Below, piece after piece: positions 7,837 to 17,682 of a DNA stretch of 47,106 nt. Where the stretch lies: the NCBI GenBank assembly GCA_001773695.1, contig MEXN01000003.1:91547-138652 (forward strand), in the 5' to 3' direction. A model generated the notes under the pieces. That model was not told the DNA's origin and ran no database searches. It saw nothing but the letters and a program-made list of their open reading frames with translations. Made by a program: the position numbers and the translations under genes. Source of the DNA: Candidatus Amesbacteria bacterium RIFCSPLOWO2_01_FULL_48_25. Its GTDB lineage: Bacteria; Patescibacteriota; Microgenomatia; CAZETR01; Amesbacteraceae. Position 1 is the stretch's first letter. Every line of letters begins with the position of its first letter.

Positions 7837-10296
7837 ATGAACCGGCTGGATTACTGCGCTAGATCTGTAGCTGAAACGTTGACATTTTGGAATACATCCC
7901 AGATTGGGCTATCTGGGGGAGAAGCCGCCCAAAGGCTGGTTGAATACGGAGTAAATGAGATCGAGGAGAAGCAACTTGTTTTTTGGGATATTATTATTCG
8001 GCAGTTCAAATCGCCGCTGGTGTATTTATTAATACTGGCCGCCGGGTTGGACATAGTCTTACGACAAGCCAGGGACGGGCTGATTATCGGGGCGATAGTG
8101 CTTATTAATGCCAGCTTGGGATTTGTCCAGGAATTCCGATCGGAGCGGACATTAAGACTCCTTCGTAAATATTTAGTAGCCAAAAGTAGAGTAAGAAGAG
8201 ACGGCCTGACAATTTTGATTGAATCAACTCAGATAGTTCCCGGGGACATTGTGGAACTAACCACCGGGAACATTATCCCAGCGGATATGAGAATTATCGA
8301 GTCCGAAGGGCTCACTGTGGACGAATCGGCGTTGTCCGGTGAATCGATGGCAGTGCTCAAAGACTCCCGGGCGATGACGCCTGCGCCTTCGCAAATTTTT
8401 GCGGCTCGATGTTTGGGATTTGCCGGAACTACGGTTGTCCGGGGACGGGGGGTAGGGGTTGTCGTAGGGACGGGAAATAGGACTTTGTGGGGAGAGATAG
8501 CCCGGGACACTACAGTCATCAGGAGAGAGAGCGGGTGGGAAAAGGATTTAAACAAATTTAGCGGGTTTATTTTGAAGCTCATTATGATCACTTTGGTGGG
8601 AGTGTTGGCAGCTAATATTTTTCTTAAAGGTAGGCAGGCAAACATTAGTGAGCTGTTGATCTTTTCGATCGCACTGGCCGTAAGCGTAATCCCGGAAGCG
8701 TTACCAGTAGTTATTACCTTCTCTCTATCCCGGGGAGCGGCGCGATTGGTCGGCCGACGGGTAGTAGTTAAGCGGTTATCGGCAATCGAGGATTTGGGAG
8801 CAATTGAGGTGTTGTGCACCGACAAAACAGGGACGTTGACAGAAAATAAATTGAAACTGGTAAGTGTTTGGGGGAAAGAAGAAGCCGTGGTGACTGAGGG
8901 GATAAAAGTCGCATTGCCTAGTATTTCGGCCCACTTGCCGCTGGATGCATTTGATACGGCACTTCTAGAAAAGATAGGCATTGATGGGCAAGAACAGATT
9001 AAAAATAAGTATGAGGTGATAAAGGAGATCCCCTTCGACCCCGAATTGAGAGTGACCAGTGTTTCTTTGCGAGGTCCTGCAGGCGTTGAAACTATAACCC
9101 GTGGAGCCGTGGAGGCCATATTAAGCCATAGCTTGGGACTTACACTTAGGGAAAAAAAGGAGATAGACAAGTGGTCTAGGAAGCAGGGGTCTTTGGGCCG
9201 ACGGGTAATTGCTGTCGCTAATAATAGAAAACTTACTGGATTGCTTTCGTTTTCGGATCCAGTCAAATCGACCACCCGGACGGCCGTACACGAAGCGCAA
9301 AAAATGGGAGTGCGAATAATAATGCTCACCGGAGACAGTCCAGTTGTAGCGGGGGTAGTGGCAAAAGAGATTGGATTAATTAGTGATCAGTTGTCAGTTG
9401 TGGATGGGGATAGCTTTGAGCAAATGGACGCTGGAGAACAACACAAGCTCGTGGAAAAAAACTTGGTGTTTGCCAGGGTAACGCCTAGTCAAAAAAATAA
9501 AATTATTGACTTGCTGCAAGAAAAATATCGGGTGGGATTTTTAGGGGAAGGGATTAATGACGGGCCAGCTCTAAAAAGTGCTGATGTGGGTTTAGTAGTT
9601 GCTCACGGGGCGGATGTGGCTCGGGAGGCGGCGGATATAATCCTTTTGAAAAAGGACCTGAAAGTGATTGTGGATGGAATTGGTGAGGGAAGAATAATTT
9701 CCGGCAATATCAAGAAATATATTACGGCGACGTTGTCTTCTAATATGGGCAATTTTTATGCAGTAGCGGTGGCGTCATTACTAATTGATTTTTTACCCAT
9801 GCTACCTATTCAGATACTGCTTCTGAACCTGCTATCTGATCTGCCGATGATTGCCATCGCCACTGACAATGTTGATCGGGAGGAGCTGGAGAGACCGCAG
9901 GTGTTTGGTTTGCGGCAGTTGGTGTGGTTGGCCATGATTTTGGGAATAGTGAGCACGGTATTTGATTTTATGTTTTTCGGATTGTTTTACCGGCAAGGGG
10001 CGGGAACATTGCAAACTGCCTGGTTTGTAGGCTCAGTATTGACCGAGCTGGTATTCGTGTTTTCGGTGCGAAACAAGAACTGGCTGTGGAAGGGAGTGCC
10101 GCCTTCAAAAATCCTAATGGGGCTGACTGGGCTGGCTGGGGTACTCACTTTGGCACTACCAGCGAGCCGGTGGGGGCAGGAAGTATTTAAATTTTTCCCC
10201 CTGGCGACATCTCATTTGGGACTGATTTTGATCGTGGTCGCGGCGTATCTAATTTCTACTGAGTTGGTCAAGAGGGTAGTTTACTCGAAAGCATGA
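7837..10296 (+). CDS. P-type cation-transporting ATPase (MgtA/P3B-like)
   Basis: DKTGT, SGES, PEAL, TGD, FARVTPSQK, GEGINDGPAL, SSNMGN, PFLPM-like DFLPMLPIQILL. Start 7837 preferred (alternative 7825). Confidence 0.9.
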   Translation: MNRLDYCARSVAETLTFWNTSQIGLSGGEAAQRLVEYGVNEIEEKQLVFWDIIIRQFKSPLVYLLILAAGLDIVLRQARDGLIIGAIVLINASLGFVQEFRSERTLRLLRKYLVAKSRVRRDGLTILIESTQIVPGDIVELTTGNIIPADMRIIESEGLTVDESALSGESMAVLKDSRAMTPAPSQIFAARCLGFAGTTVVRGRGVGVVVGTGNRTLWGEIARDTTVIRRESGWEKDLNKFSGFILKLIMITLVGVLAANIFLKGRQANISELLIFSIALAVSVIPEALPVVITFSLSRGAARLVGRRVVVKRLSAIEDLGAIEVLCTDKTGTLTENKLKLVSVWGKEEAVVTEGIKVALPSISAHLPLDAFDTALLEKIGIDGQEQIKNKYEVIKEIPFDPELRVTSVSLRGPAGVETITRGAVEAILSHSLGLTLREKKEIDKWSRKQGSLGRRVIAVANNRKLTGLLSFSDPVKSTTRTAVHEAQKMGVRIIMLTGDSPVVAGVVAKEIGLISDQLSVVDGDSFEQMDAGEQHKLVEKNLVFARVTPSQKNKIIDLLQEKYRVGFLGEGINDGPALKSADVGLVVAHGADVAREAADIILLKKDLKVIVDGIGEGRIISGNIKKYITATLSSNMGNFYAVAVASLLIDFLPMLPIQILLLNLLSDLPMIAIATDNVDREELERPQVFGLRQLVWLAMILGIVSTVFDFMFFGLFYRQGAGTLQTAWFVGSVLTELVFVFSVRNKNWLWKGVPPSKILMGLTGLAGVLTLALPASRWGQEVFKFFPLATSHLGLILIVVAAYLISTELVKRVVYSKA

Positions 10297-11696
10297 AGAT
10301 TGACGCCTGATTTCCAATCGATTTGGGAATATTTGTGCAAAATTTCTGCGATTGAGGTTTTTAAGCTGTCATATTGATCTTGCGTCCGGCCTTCGAATTT
10401 GACTGTAATATACGGGCCGTTTTGACTGGCCCGAATAATAACCATCTCCTCTACTGTATCCGCTCGGAAACCGTCTATGTCTGTATATTCGGCTTTGGGG
10501 AAAAGATTTTTGATATCCTGACTAATATTATCTTGAATAAGTTTGAATTTTATATCATCAGCTAGACCCAATTTTATTTCAGGACTAGAAATATATTTGG
10601 GAAGTTTACTTACTGCCTCCTGAAGTGTTTGGCTTGTTCTTTTGAGATAAGCGAGAAGTCTCAGGGTTGAATAGGCTCCATCGTCATGGCCGTAAAAATT
10701 GTCCATGAAGAAAAAGTGGCCAGAGAGTTCCCCGCCAAATGGTGCGCGTGTCTCTTTCACTTTCGCCTTAATGAAACTGTGACCCGTTAGCCACATGACT
10801 GGGTTTCCCCCGGAATTTTTTATGGCATCGGATGTAGCCTTGGAACACAGAGCGTTAAAGACTATCGAGCTTCCAGGCAAGTAGTGGAGAATATCTTGGG
10901 CAAACAGAGCGACTAATACGTCGTTCCAGATTAAGTTTCCTTGGGAATCTACGATACCGACCCGATCACCGTCAGAGTCATAAGAGAGGCCCAAATCTGC
11001 CTTTTCGGCTATCACTCGCTTGGCTAGTCGTTCTAAGACATCTTTTTCAGTCGGATCAGGCGTGCCGAGGGGAAAAGAACCGTCTAAATTAGTGTTTTGT
11101 TCAATTACGACGCATCCTGCTTCGCGCAAAATTTGGGGAAGAAATGCACCGGTAGTAGCGCAAGATGAGTCGATTACTACTTTGAGACCGCTGTCATGAA
11201 GGGGAACTCGTTTAAAAAGATCGTTTTTGTATGCGGGAAAGACATCGTCTTGCTTATAATTGCCCTTTTGTGGCCAGGCTTTGAAACTCTCAGCTTCGCA
11301 AATTTGTCTGACTTCTTGAATTTCTTGGGAAATTAGAGTGTCAGAAAAACCGACCGCCAATTTGAGGCCGTTATATTCTTTGGGATTGTGGGAGGCGGTG
11401 ATAATTGCGCCTCCCTTTGAGAGATAGTTATATTGGGCAAAATACATAATTTGAGTCAAAGTTAGTCCAATATCGTAAACATTTATCCCTGAATCGATCA
11501 GTGCTTGGACAAATGCTTGCTTGTAGCTTTGTGAGCTCTGCCTGATGTCCATACCAACCACGCACTCACGAATCTGACGGCGGAACAAAAAGGTGGCATA
11601 AGCTTTGCCAAGGACAGTCATTATGTCTGGAGACAAATCCTTGTCTACTAGACCCCTGATGTCATACCCGCGAAAGATGTTTTTGTTTATCTGCAT
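10281..11696 (-). CDS. Phosphomannomutase/phosphoglucomutase
   Basis: FRGYDIRG, ITASHNP, DSDGDR, GELSGH. Confidence 0.95.
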   Translation of the reverse strand: MQINKNIFRGYDIRGLVDKDLSPDIMTVLGKAYATFLFRRQIRECVVGMDIRQSSQSYKQAFVQALIDSGINVYDIGLTLTQIMYFAQYNYLSKGGAIITASHNPKEYNGLKLAVGFSDTLISQEIQEVRQICEAESFKAWPQKGNYKQDDVFPAYKNDLFKRVPLHDSGLKVVIDSSCATTGAFLPQILREAGCVVIEQNTNLDGSFPLGTPDPTEKDVLERLAKRVIAEKADLGLSYDSDGDRVGIVDSQGNLIWNDVLVALFAQDILHYLPGSSIVFNALCSKATSDAIKNSGGNPVMWLTGHSFIKAKVKETRAPFGGELSGHFFFMDNFYGHDDGAYSTLRLLAYLKRTSQTLQEAVSKLPKYISSPEIKLGLADDIKFKLIQDNISQDIKNLFPKAEYTDIDGFRADTVEEMVIIRASQNGPYITVKFEGRTQDQYDSLKTSIAEILHKYSQIDWKSGVNLHAFE

Positions 11697-11737
11697 GCTA
11701 TTGAAGTGGGGTTATTATACAATGAGTATAACTGCCC

Positions 11738-13423
11738 ATGAAGAACAACCAGACTGAGCCGGAAGTGGTGTATTTTTCGCTGGAGTTTATGTTGGAAACA
11801 GACGTGCCTACGTACGCAGGGGGGTTGGGAGTATTGGCCGGGGACTTAATGCGCTCATGTGCAGATTTAGGAATCGGGGCAATTGGCATGTCTATCGTGT
11901 ACTCGGGGGACACATTTAGCCAGACGATCAACGCCGACGGGACGCAGAGTTTTACCAAGCAGGACTGGCAGAAACTGGACCAACTGACTAAGCTGCCCCA
12001 GGTAGTGGAATTGACCATTGCCAACACAAAAGTACTGGTGGGATGCTGGAGATACGATATCGTGGGACTATCTGGATATGTGGTGCCGGTGTACTTATTG
12101 GACACCAACTTGACACAGAATCCACCGTGGGTGAGAGAGATAACTCGAAACTTGTACGAGGGGGGTGAAGCCAGGCTGGCCCAGGAGATAGTTTTAGGGA
12201 TAGGGGGAGTGAAAATGCTTCGGACTCTGGGGATCGAGAGAGCGAAGACATATCATCTGAATGAAGGTCATTGCGGATTCGTGCCGCTAGCGCTTTTGCC
12301 TGAAAACAACTATCAGGACGAACTGGTGCGGCAAATGTGTGTCTTTACCACGCACACTCCGATTCCAGAGGGCCACGACCGATTTTCGTATGAGCTGGCT
12401 TATAAATTCGGCGGGAGTTACTTGCCGTGGCATATAAAAAAATTGGCCGGGGAAAATGAAATGTCCATGACGCATTTGGCCATGAACTTGAGCCGGAAAA
12501 ACCTGGCCGTGTCACGAAAGCACCAGGTAGTGTCCGAGCAAGTCTTCCCGGGCTATAAATTTGGTTATGTGACAAACGGGGTACACCACAGAAGTTGGAC
12601 CCATAATTATTTGCAGGATCTGTACAACCAGGTTATACCTGGGTGGCTGGAAAACCCCGAGACGTTGGCTGATGCTCCTGCACTCGTCCCGGACGATTTG
12701 TTGTGGAATGCCCATATCGAATGTAAGAAAAAGCTGATTACCTACGTCAACCGCCACTTAACCACGGCACTTTTGGTAGCTGGCGATTACTTGTTTGATG
12801 AGAATACGCTGACAATATCACTAGCCCGCCGGCCGGTGGCTTATAAACGACCGTTACTTTTGTATCATGACATAGAAAGATTTGTGAGAATCGGGGCGGG
12901 GAGAATCCAAGTTATTCAATGCGGTAAATCCCATCCGGATGATGACGTTTCCCAGGGGTTTGTAAGACAAATTGTAGATTTGTCCAAAAGATTTAAAGAG
13001 GTGTTGAAAATCGTGTTTTTGGAAAACTACTCGCCTAAGATTGCCAGGTTGCTCGTCAACGGGTCCGATGTATGGTTAAACACTCCCAAGCGGGGACTAG
13101 AGGCTTCAGGGACATCCGGAATGAAAGCGGCCATGAACGGGGTAATTAACCTGTCCATCCCGGACGGATGGTGGATTGAAGCTGTTGAAATTGACAGATT
13201 GGCGGGGTTTAGCATCGGGACGGCTGGGGAGACGAATGATGACTCGACTGACGCGGATATAGTTTATGAAAAGCTGGAGATGGAGATAATTCCTATGTAT
13301 TATGAAAACCGGGGTGAGTGGATAGGAAGAATGAAACGGGCAATTGCCCTGGGTGCGTACTTTAACACCCACCGGGTAGTGAAAGAGTACCGGCAAAAGG
13401 TTTGGAGAAACGCCAACGCTTAG
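11738..13423 (+). CDS. glgP: Alpha-glucan (glycogen) phosphorylase, short form
   Basis: YAGGLGVLAGD, HLNEGH, FTTHTP, TNGVH, EASGTSGMKAAMNG (PLP lysine). Confidence 0.93.
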   Translation: MKNNQTEPEVVYFSLEFMLETDVPTYAGGLGVLAGDLMRSCADLGIGAIGMSIVYSGDTFSQTINADGTQSFTKQDWQKLDQLTKLPQVVELTIANTKVLVGCWRYDIVGLSGYVVPVYLLDTNLTQNPPWVREITRNLYEGGEARLAQEIVLGIGGVKMLRTLGIERAKTYHLNEGHCGFVPLALLPENNYQDELVRQMCVFTTHTPIPEGHDRFSYELAYKFGGSYLPWHIKKLAGENEMSMTHLAMNLSRKNLAVSRKHQVVSEQVFPGYKFGYVTNGVHHRSWTHNYLQDLYNQVIPGWLENPETLADAPALVPDDLLWNAHIECKKKLITYVNRHLTTALLVAGDYLFDENTLTISLARRPVAYKRPLLLYHDIERFVRIGAGRIQVIQCGKSHPDDDVSQGFVRQIVDLSKRFKEVLKIVFLENYSPKIARLLVNGSDVWLNTPKRGLEASGTSGMKAAMNGVINLSIPDGWWIEAVEIDRLAGFSIGTAGETNDDSTDADIVYEKLEMEIIPMYYENRGEWIGRMKRAIALGAYFNTHRVVKEYRQKVWRNANA

Positions 13424-13442
13424 GTTATGATGGGGAGGAAAT

Positions 13443-14975
13443 ATGCATCCGGCGGTGGACGTACTACTTAAGGTGTTGAGTCAGGGCGGAGAGGGAGAGC
13501 CGGAAGCGGCGGAGGAACAGGCGGGGGTAGTGGGAGGACTGGCCCGGGTATATGAGCAGGCTAGAAGCGCCATGGAATATCGAGCCGAGCACTTGGTCCG
13601 CCGGGCGGCAGTGGAAAGAATACTCAAGCGGCAAATGCTGTTTAACCAGAATCCGGATTTTTTGGCCAGACAACTTCTAACCGAGTTGAGATGGGCCAGA
13701 TATGTGACGCCGTCTGAAATTGAGCATGTGGAGAAAGGAGATGTCAGCCTGATAATCGGCAAGTACCTGACGGCTCTGGCTGAAGCTGGGGACAGGCTGC
13801 CCTACGACTGGGTGGTGGGGGTGTTGTCGGCAGAAATTGAGGAGAGGCTGAACTTGAACATTGACTACGGGCATTTTACCCATTTTGCATTCCAGGTAAT
13901 AAAGCAGAAGTTGGAGGTGGTTGAGAATGAGAAGAACTGGGATTTGTTGGTATTTATCGCCACCGATAAAGCTTACGGACAATCAGATGACCAGCAAGTG
14001 GGATACCACATTGTCAAACTTTTAGACTCTGACTGGGGGAGGCTGGGAAGATCCGAGACACTTTTGGAAGCTCGAGAACTGTACGTTTATGGCATAAACC
14101 ACCCTTTGACTGTTAAGTTAGCTAAATATGTCAGATCCCAATCGGCTCCCCTGATACTTCTGCGGGACGTATATTTTGCGGCTCCGGAAAAATTCAGAGA
14201 ACTAATGGCTGATCGTGAGGCGTTTGAAAAGAGAGCGAAATCCGTCCTGTCTACCCAACTTTTGCATATGTCCGGTAGAGTTAACCGGGCGACAGCGAGA
14301 AGCGTGATATATGTATTTTTGACAAAAATGCTATTTGGAATGTTAGTGGAGGTGCCTATGGACTTGTTATTGGTGGGAGAAATCGCTACAACGCCCCTCC
14401 TCATCAACCTGCTGTTTCCACCCAGCTTGATGTGGCTGGTATCTATGGGGTCGTGGCTACCGGGAATAGTGGAGCAAAAGGCACTGGTGCACGAGACATG
14501 GAGAGTGGTGGGAGAATTTGAAACTCTGGGGGAGGAAAAATTGTGGTTGGGTGGACAATCCAGGCGGGCAAAGGGGCTTTTGTATGGGGTATTTTCGGCG
14601 ATGTATATAGTAGTGTTTTTGGCGGTGTTTGCAGCTATTTTTTATCTGCTGCAGCTACTTAAGTTTTCTCTGGCTAGCCAGATAGTGTTTGTGTTCTTCT
14701 TGTCAATTGTAGCATTTTTTGCCTACCGGATACGGCAAACATCATTAATTTATAATTGGTCACCTAAAGAAGGGGGCGGCCAGTCACTGGGGGACATGAT
14801 TGCCTTGCCGCTTCTAGCCGTGGGCAGCAAGTTAAGTCTGGGGATAAGTAAACTAAACTTTTTGGTGTTTATATTTGACTTTATTTTGGAAGCGCCGTTT
14901 AAAACTATACTGCGATTTCTCGATAGTTGGGTACAGTTTTTATCCGTCAAACGGGATGAGGTAGTGGGGAATTAG
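13443..14975 (+). CDS. Hypothetical membrane protein (helical N-terminus, several C-terminal TM segments)
   Basis: 510-aa ORF with GGAGG before the ATG; hydrophobic C-terminal half. Confidence 0.8.
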   Translation: MHPAVDVLLKVLSQGGEGEPEAAEEQAGVVGGLARVYEQARSAMEYRAEHLVRRAAVERILKRQMLFNQNPDFLARQLLTELRWARYVTPSEIEHVEKGDVSLIIGKYLTALAEAGDRLPYDWVVGVLSAEIEERLNLNIDYGHFTHFAFQVIKQKLEVVENEKNWDLLVFIATDKAYGQSDDQQVGYHIVKLLDSDWGRLGRSETLLEARELYVYGINHPLTVKLAKYVRSQSAPLILLRDVYFAAPEKFRELMADREAFEKRAKSVLSTQLLHMSGRVNRATARSVIYVFLTKMLFGMLVEVPMDLLLVGEIATTPLLINLLFPPSLMWLVSMGSWLPGIVEQKALVHETWRVVGEFETLGEEKLWLGGQSRRAKGLLYGVFSAMYIVVFLAVFAAIFYLLQLLKFSLASQIVFVFFLSIVAFFAYRIRQTSLIYNWSPKEGGGQSLGDMIALPLLAVGSKLSLGISKLNFLVFIFDFILEAPFKTILRFLDSWVQFLSVKRDEVVGN

Positions 14976-15727
14976 GCGTGAGCCAGGCGGGTGAGGTAAC
15001 CCACAATCACAACGGCCAAGACCAGGGGGATAACAACTCTATAAAATGACTTGTGTCCGGCTTTGTGGTGAATTTCGGGGATGATATCCGAGGCGGAAAT
15101 ATAAATAAAAATCCCGGCAGTGAAAGCTAGAATATATGGCAAATAAGGAGTAAACAGATGGCCAACATAGAACCCCAGAACTGCTCCGGGGAGCGTTGTG
15201 AGGGACTGAAGAACGTTGACCGCGATAATAACTTTTTTGGCCCAACCTTGATGCAATAGGACACTGAAGTCGCCGATTTCTTGGGGTATTTCGTGGGCAG
15301 CTACGGCCAGAGTAGTTACTAACCCGACTGCCGGATTGACGACATATGCCAAGGCTATAACTATCCCGTCTAAAAAATTGTGGAGTGTGTCGCCCAGTAT
15401 CAAAAGGATGGGCAAGGTCTCAGTATGATCCGAGTGAGAGTTTTGGGCGTTCGGGTGCTTGTAGACATAGGTCATGAGCAGCCGTTCCAGGACAAAATAC
15501 AGGATGAAACCCCCAAGCATCCAGATTAATACCAATTGCGGGTCGGTGGCGATTTCCAAGGCTTCGGGTAAGATATCCAATAAGGCGGCGCCTAAAAACG
15601 CTCCGGCGGCAAATGACAATAAGGGGGTGGTTAACGCTTGGGTGATCTCCCGCTTCCACAATAAAACAAATCCTCCGATGAGAGAAAAGAGTCCACCGAT
15701 TAAGCTATAAAAAATAAGTGTACCCAT
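14972..15727 (-). CDS. ZIP family zinc/metal transporter
   Basis: HNFLDG, HEIPQEIGDF, His-containing loop, multiple TM helices. Confidence 0.93.
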   Translation of the reverse strand: MGTLIFYSLIGGLFSLIGGFVLLWKREITQALTTPLLSFAAGAFLGAALLDILPEALEIATDPQLVLIWMLGGFILYFVLERLLMTYVYKHPNAQNSHSDHTETLPILLILGDTLHNFLDGIVIALAYVVNPAVGLVTTLAVAAHEIPQEIGDFSVLLHQGWAKKVIIAVNVLQSLTTLPGAVLGFYVGHLFTPYLPYILAFTAGIFIYISASDIIPEIHHKAGHKSFYRVVIPLVLAVVIVGYLTRLAHA

Positions 15728-15747
15728 TTTGTGACAAAAGCTCTTTT

Positions 15748-16389
15748 TCAGGTGGGAGTAGGACTTGGGGTGGGAGAAGGAGTGGGTGTAGGTGTGGGAG
15801 TAGTGGTAGGAATGGCCGTGGGAGCAACAGTTGCCGAAGGTGTAGCTGGGGGAGTGGTTGTGGGGGGAATTGATGTTGGTTTGTTAAAAACCCCGGTGGC
15901 CTTCCCTGGAATAATATGGATAAGTCTGGCGATGATGCCGCTGGCACCCGGCTCGCCAACTGCTGCAATTCTTTGGCCTACCGCAAGGCTGGCTGAAGAG
16001 GTAGCCTGCGACTTGAACTTAATAATCGTGTCCGGGGTGAGAATTATGGTGTATTTGGAATTGGTTTTTTTCTGGTGAGCGAGAGTGATTGTATTGCCGT
16101 TTATTTCCTCGATTACGCCCATAACTGCCTTACGTTTGAGCTGGGCAGAGGAAGTGGCTTGTTTTACTTGAATTTTGTGAACTTTGAGATTACCGCTTTT
16201 GGTTGCCGGACGATTTGAGCTAATTTGGGTCAAAATTTCTTTGACTTTGGCCGGGCCAATTTTGAGTGGGAGTTTTTCTGAACTTATCATTCGCCCGGGG
16301 ATTAGATTCGGTTTGGCGGCTAAAGCGGTAAAGGACACCGAGATAGTGGTTAAAAAAATGAAGGTGGTTATAGCTAAGAAATATTTCAT
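15748..16389 (-). CDS. Secreted protein with OB-like beta region and Pro/Thr tail
   Basis: Signal peptide; GVIEEING..TL and LAVGQRIAAVG pattern; C-terminal PT repeats. Confidence 0.75.
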   Translation of the reverse strand: MKYFLAITTFIFLTTISVSFTALAAKPNLIPGRMISSEKLPLKIGPAKVKEILTQISSNRPATKSGNLKVHKIQVKQATSSAQLKRKAVMGVIEEINGNTITLAHQKKTNSKYTIILTPDTIIKFKSQATSSASLAVGQRIAAVGEPGASGIIARLIHIIPGKATGVFNKPTSIPPTTTPPATPSATVAPTAIPTTTPTPTPTPSPTPSPTPT

Positions 16390-16871
16390 TATTGATTTTG
16401 TGAATCGTAAACTACATCTATGCTTTGGCTAGATTCGTCACCATTATCGCCGAATGCCGTGACTGTAAGAGCGTTGCTGCCTTTCCCCAGAGTGATCGTG
16501 GTTTCAAACAAGCCGGAAGAGTCACTTTCAACCGAAGTCTGATCCGATTCAGTATAGACGAGGACGGTGGTATTGGGGAGAGTTTGGCCGCTGACAATTA
16601 TTTCACCGTCTACTGCCTGTTCGCCACTGGTGGGACTGGTTAATTTCAAAAATAAAGCTTCGGGGGTAGGAGAAGGCGGGATGACTTGGGCTAATTGAGG
16701 CTGGGGGCTAGGTTTAGTGGGCCGCTTGATCCACATGATAGCGCCGGTCGCGATCAAAGCCACTAATACGACTCCCAAAACTACATAGGGAAGAGCGCTA
16801 AACTTGGAGGAAATGACAACTGGAGGCACTTCGGGAGGTGGAGGAGTTAGGGGGGCTTGGAGTGCGTCCAT
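16389..16871 (-). CDS. Membrane-anchored protein with C-terminal Ig-like domain
   Basis: Single TM; LTSP...VSGQT...GLFETTITLGKGSNALTVTAF beta-sandwich pattern; TGaTACAAT 10 nt upstream. Confidence 0.8.
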   Translation of the reverse strand: MDALQAPLTPPPPEVPPVVISSKFSALPYVVLGVVLVALIATGAIMWIKRPTKPSPQPQLAQVIPPSPTPEALFLKLTSPTSGEQAVDGEIIVSGQTLPNTTVLVYTESDQTSVESDSSGLFETTITLGKGSNALTVTAFGDNGDESSQSIDVVYDSQNQ

Positions 16872-16892
16872 CAGAGTTAGTATTGTATCACA

Positions 16893-16941
16893 TTAATTAG
16901 GGTAATGGCACTTCTTGAAGTGTCAGCTAAATAGGGTACCG
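16893..16941 (-). repeat. Displaced secA 3' end (KKCHYPN*) fused to a conserved arm; att-like site 1
   Basis: Minus strand AAG AAG TGC CAT TAC CCT AAT TAA; + strand 16905-16941 matches site 2 at 32/37 nt once the 32-bp insert is removed. Confidence 0.8.
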
Positions 16942-16971
16942 CAAAAAAAGCTAGGTATCTTCTTTTCCCTA

Positions 16972-17631
16972 TTATAAATCTTCCTCTGTTGGAAGTCGTA
17001 CTCCATGGATAAAAAGAAAGTCTCTCGAACTCCCCAATAAACCCAGGATAAACCGTTCATAATCTGGGACGGTTAGTTCTCTTTTTCGCCTAGCGCCGCT
17101 GCCGCCAAAAACTGTTGCCTTTGTCATGGGAACTAAATGCAAGGGAGCATTTGTTTGCCTTATCTTTTCACCCAGATTTTCTCCAATTTGCCAGGGCAAA
17201 ATAACCGCACAAAACCGATCGGGCGAGACGTAATGTTTGATGGCAAGAGTGCCGGTGGGATCTTTCTTGGTAAGTTCTATGTTTTTGGTGTGCATTGCAA
17301 CTAATAAACTATTGGCAAAACGTGTTTCTAAAACTGCATCCGGTAAATCACTGATGTCACCCACTGTATAATCAGCTCTTTCTGCAATCACAGGAAATAT
17401 CGACCACAATCCCTTATATAATCGCTCCTTGACATCCACTTTAGTTCTCTTCCAGTCAATAAGCCCCAATACGCCACGAGCTACCCTTATCACGCATCCC
17501 TCAATCCATTCTGAATCTCTGGACTTTGAAGTGAACATTTCTTCGCCCATATGAGCCTGATTTTTCGCTGACATTAGGCCACGACCTAATATACTATTCA
17601 CAATATTTAATTGCCTGACCTCCACTTTCAT
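16972..17631 (-). CDS. Hypothetical protein (cassette 2 cargo)
   Basis: 219-aa ORF with its own TGGACG-17-TATAAT promoter (17668-17640). Confidence 0.75.
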   Translation of the reverse strand: MKVEVRQLNIVNSILGRGLMSAKNQAHMGEEMFTSKSRDSEWIEGCVIRVARGVLGLIDWKRTKVDVKERLYKGLWSIFPVIAERADYTVGDISDLPDAVLETRFANSLLVAMHTKNIELTKKDPTGTLAIKHYVSPDRFCAVILPWQIGENLGEKIRQTNAPLHLVPMTKATVFGGSGARRKRELTVPDYERFILGLLGSSRDFLFIHGVRLPTEEDL

Positions 17632-17639
17632 AGGAGCTA

Positions 17640-17668
17640 ATTATAAGTCTATAGGATATTTACGTCCA
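17640..17668 (-). promoter_or_regulatory. Sigma70-type promoter of cassette 2 gene
   Basis: TGGACG, 17-nt spacer, TATAAT, ending 8 nt before the ATG. Confidence 0.6.
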
Positions 17669-17682
17669 TCTGAGATATTAAA

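Noticed and set aside
8229-9329. 366-aa antisense ORF
   Set aside because: Shadow of the P-type ATPase, with no motifs.
15748-15870. Repetitive DNA as a possible CRISPR or VNTR
   Set aside because: Encodes a Pro/Thr linker (similar at ~42580-42700); no repeat-spacer structure and no cas genes in the window.
16905-16932. Xer dif-like site
   Set aside because: Only the terminal TAAAT resembles the XerD arm and the other arm is unlike XerC sites; too weak to call.
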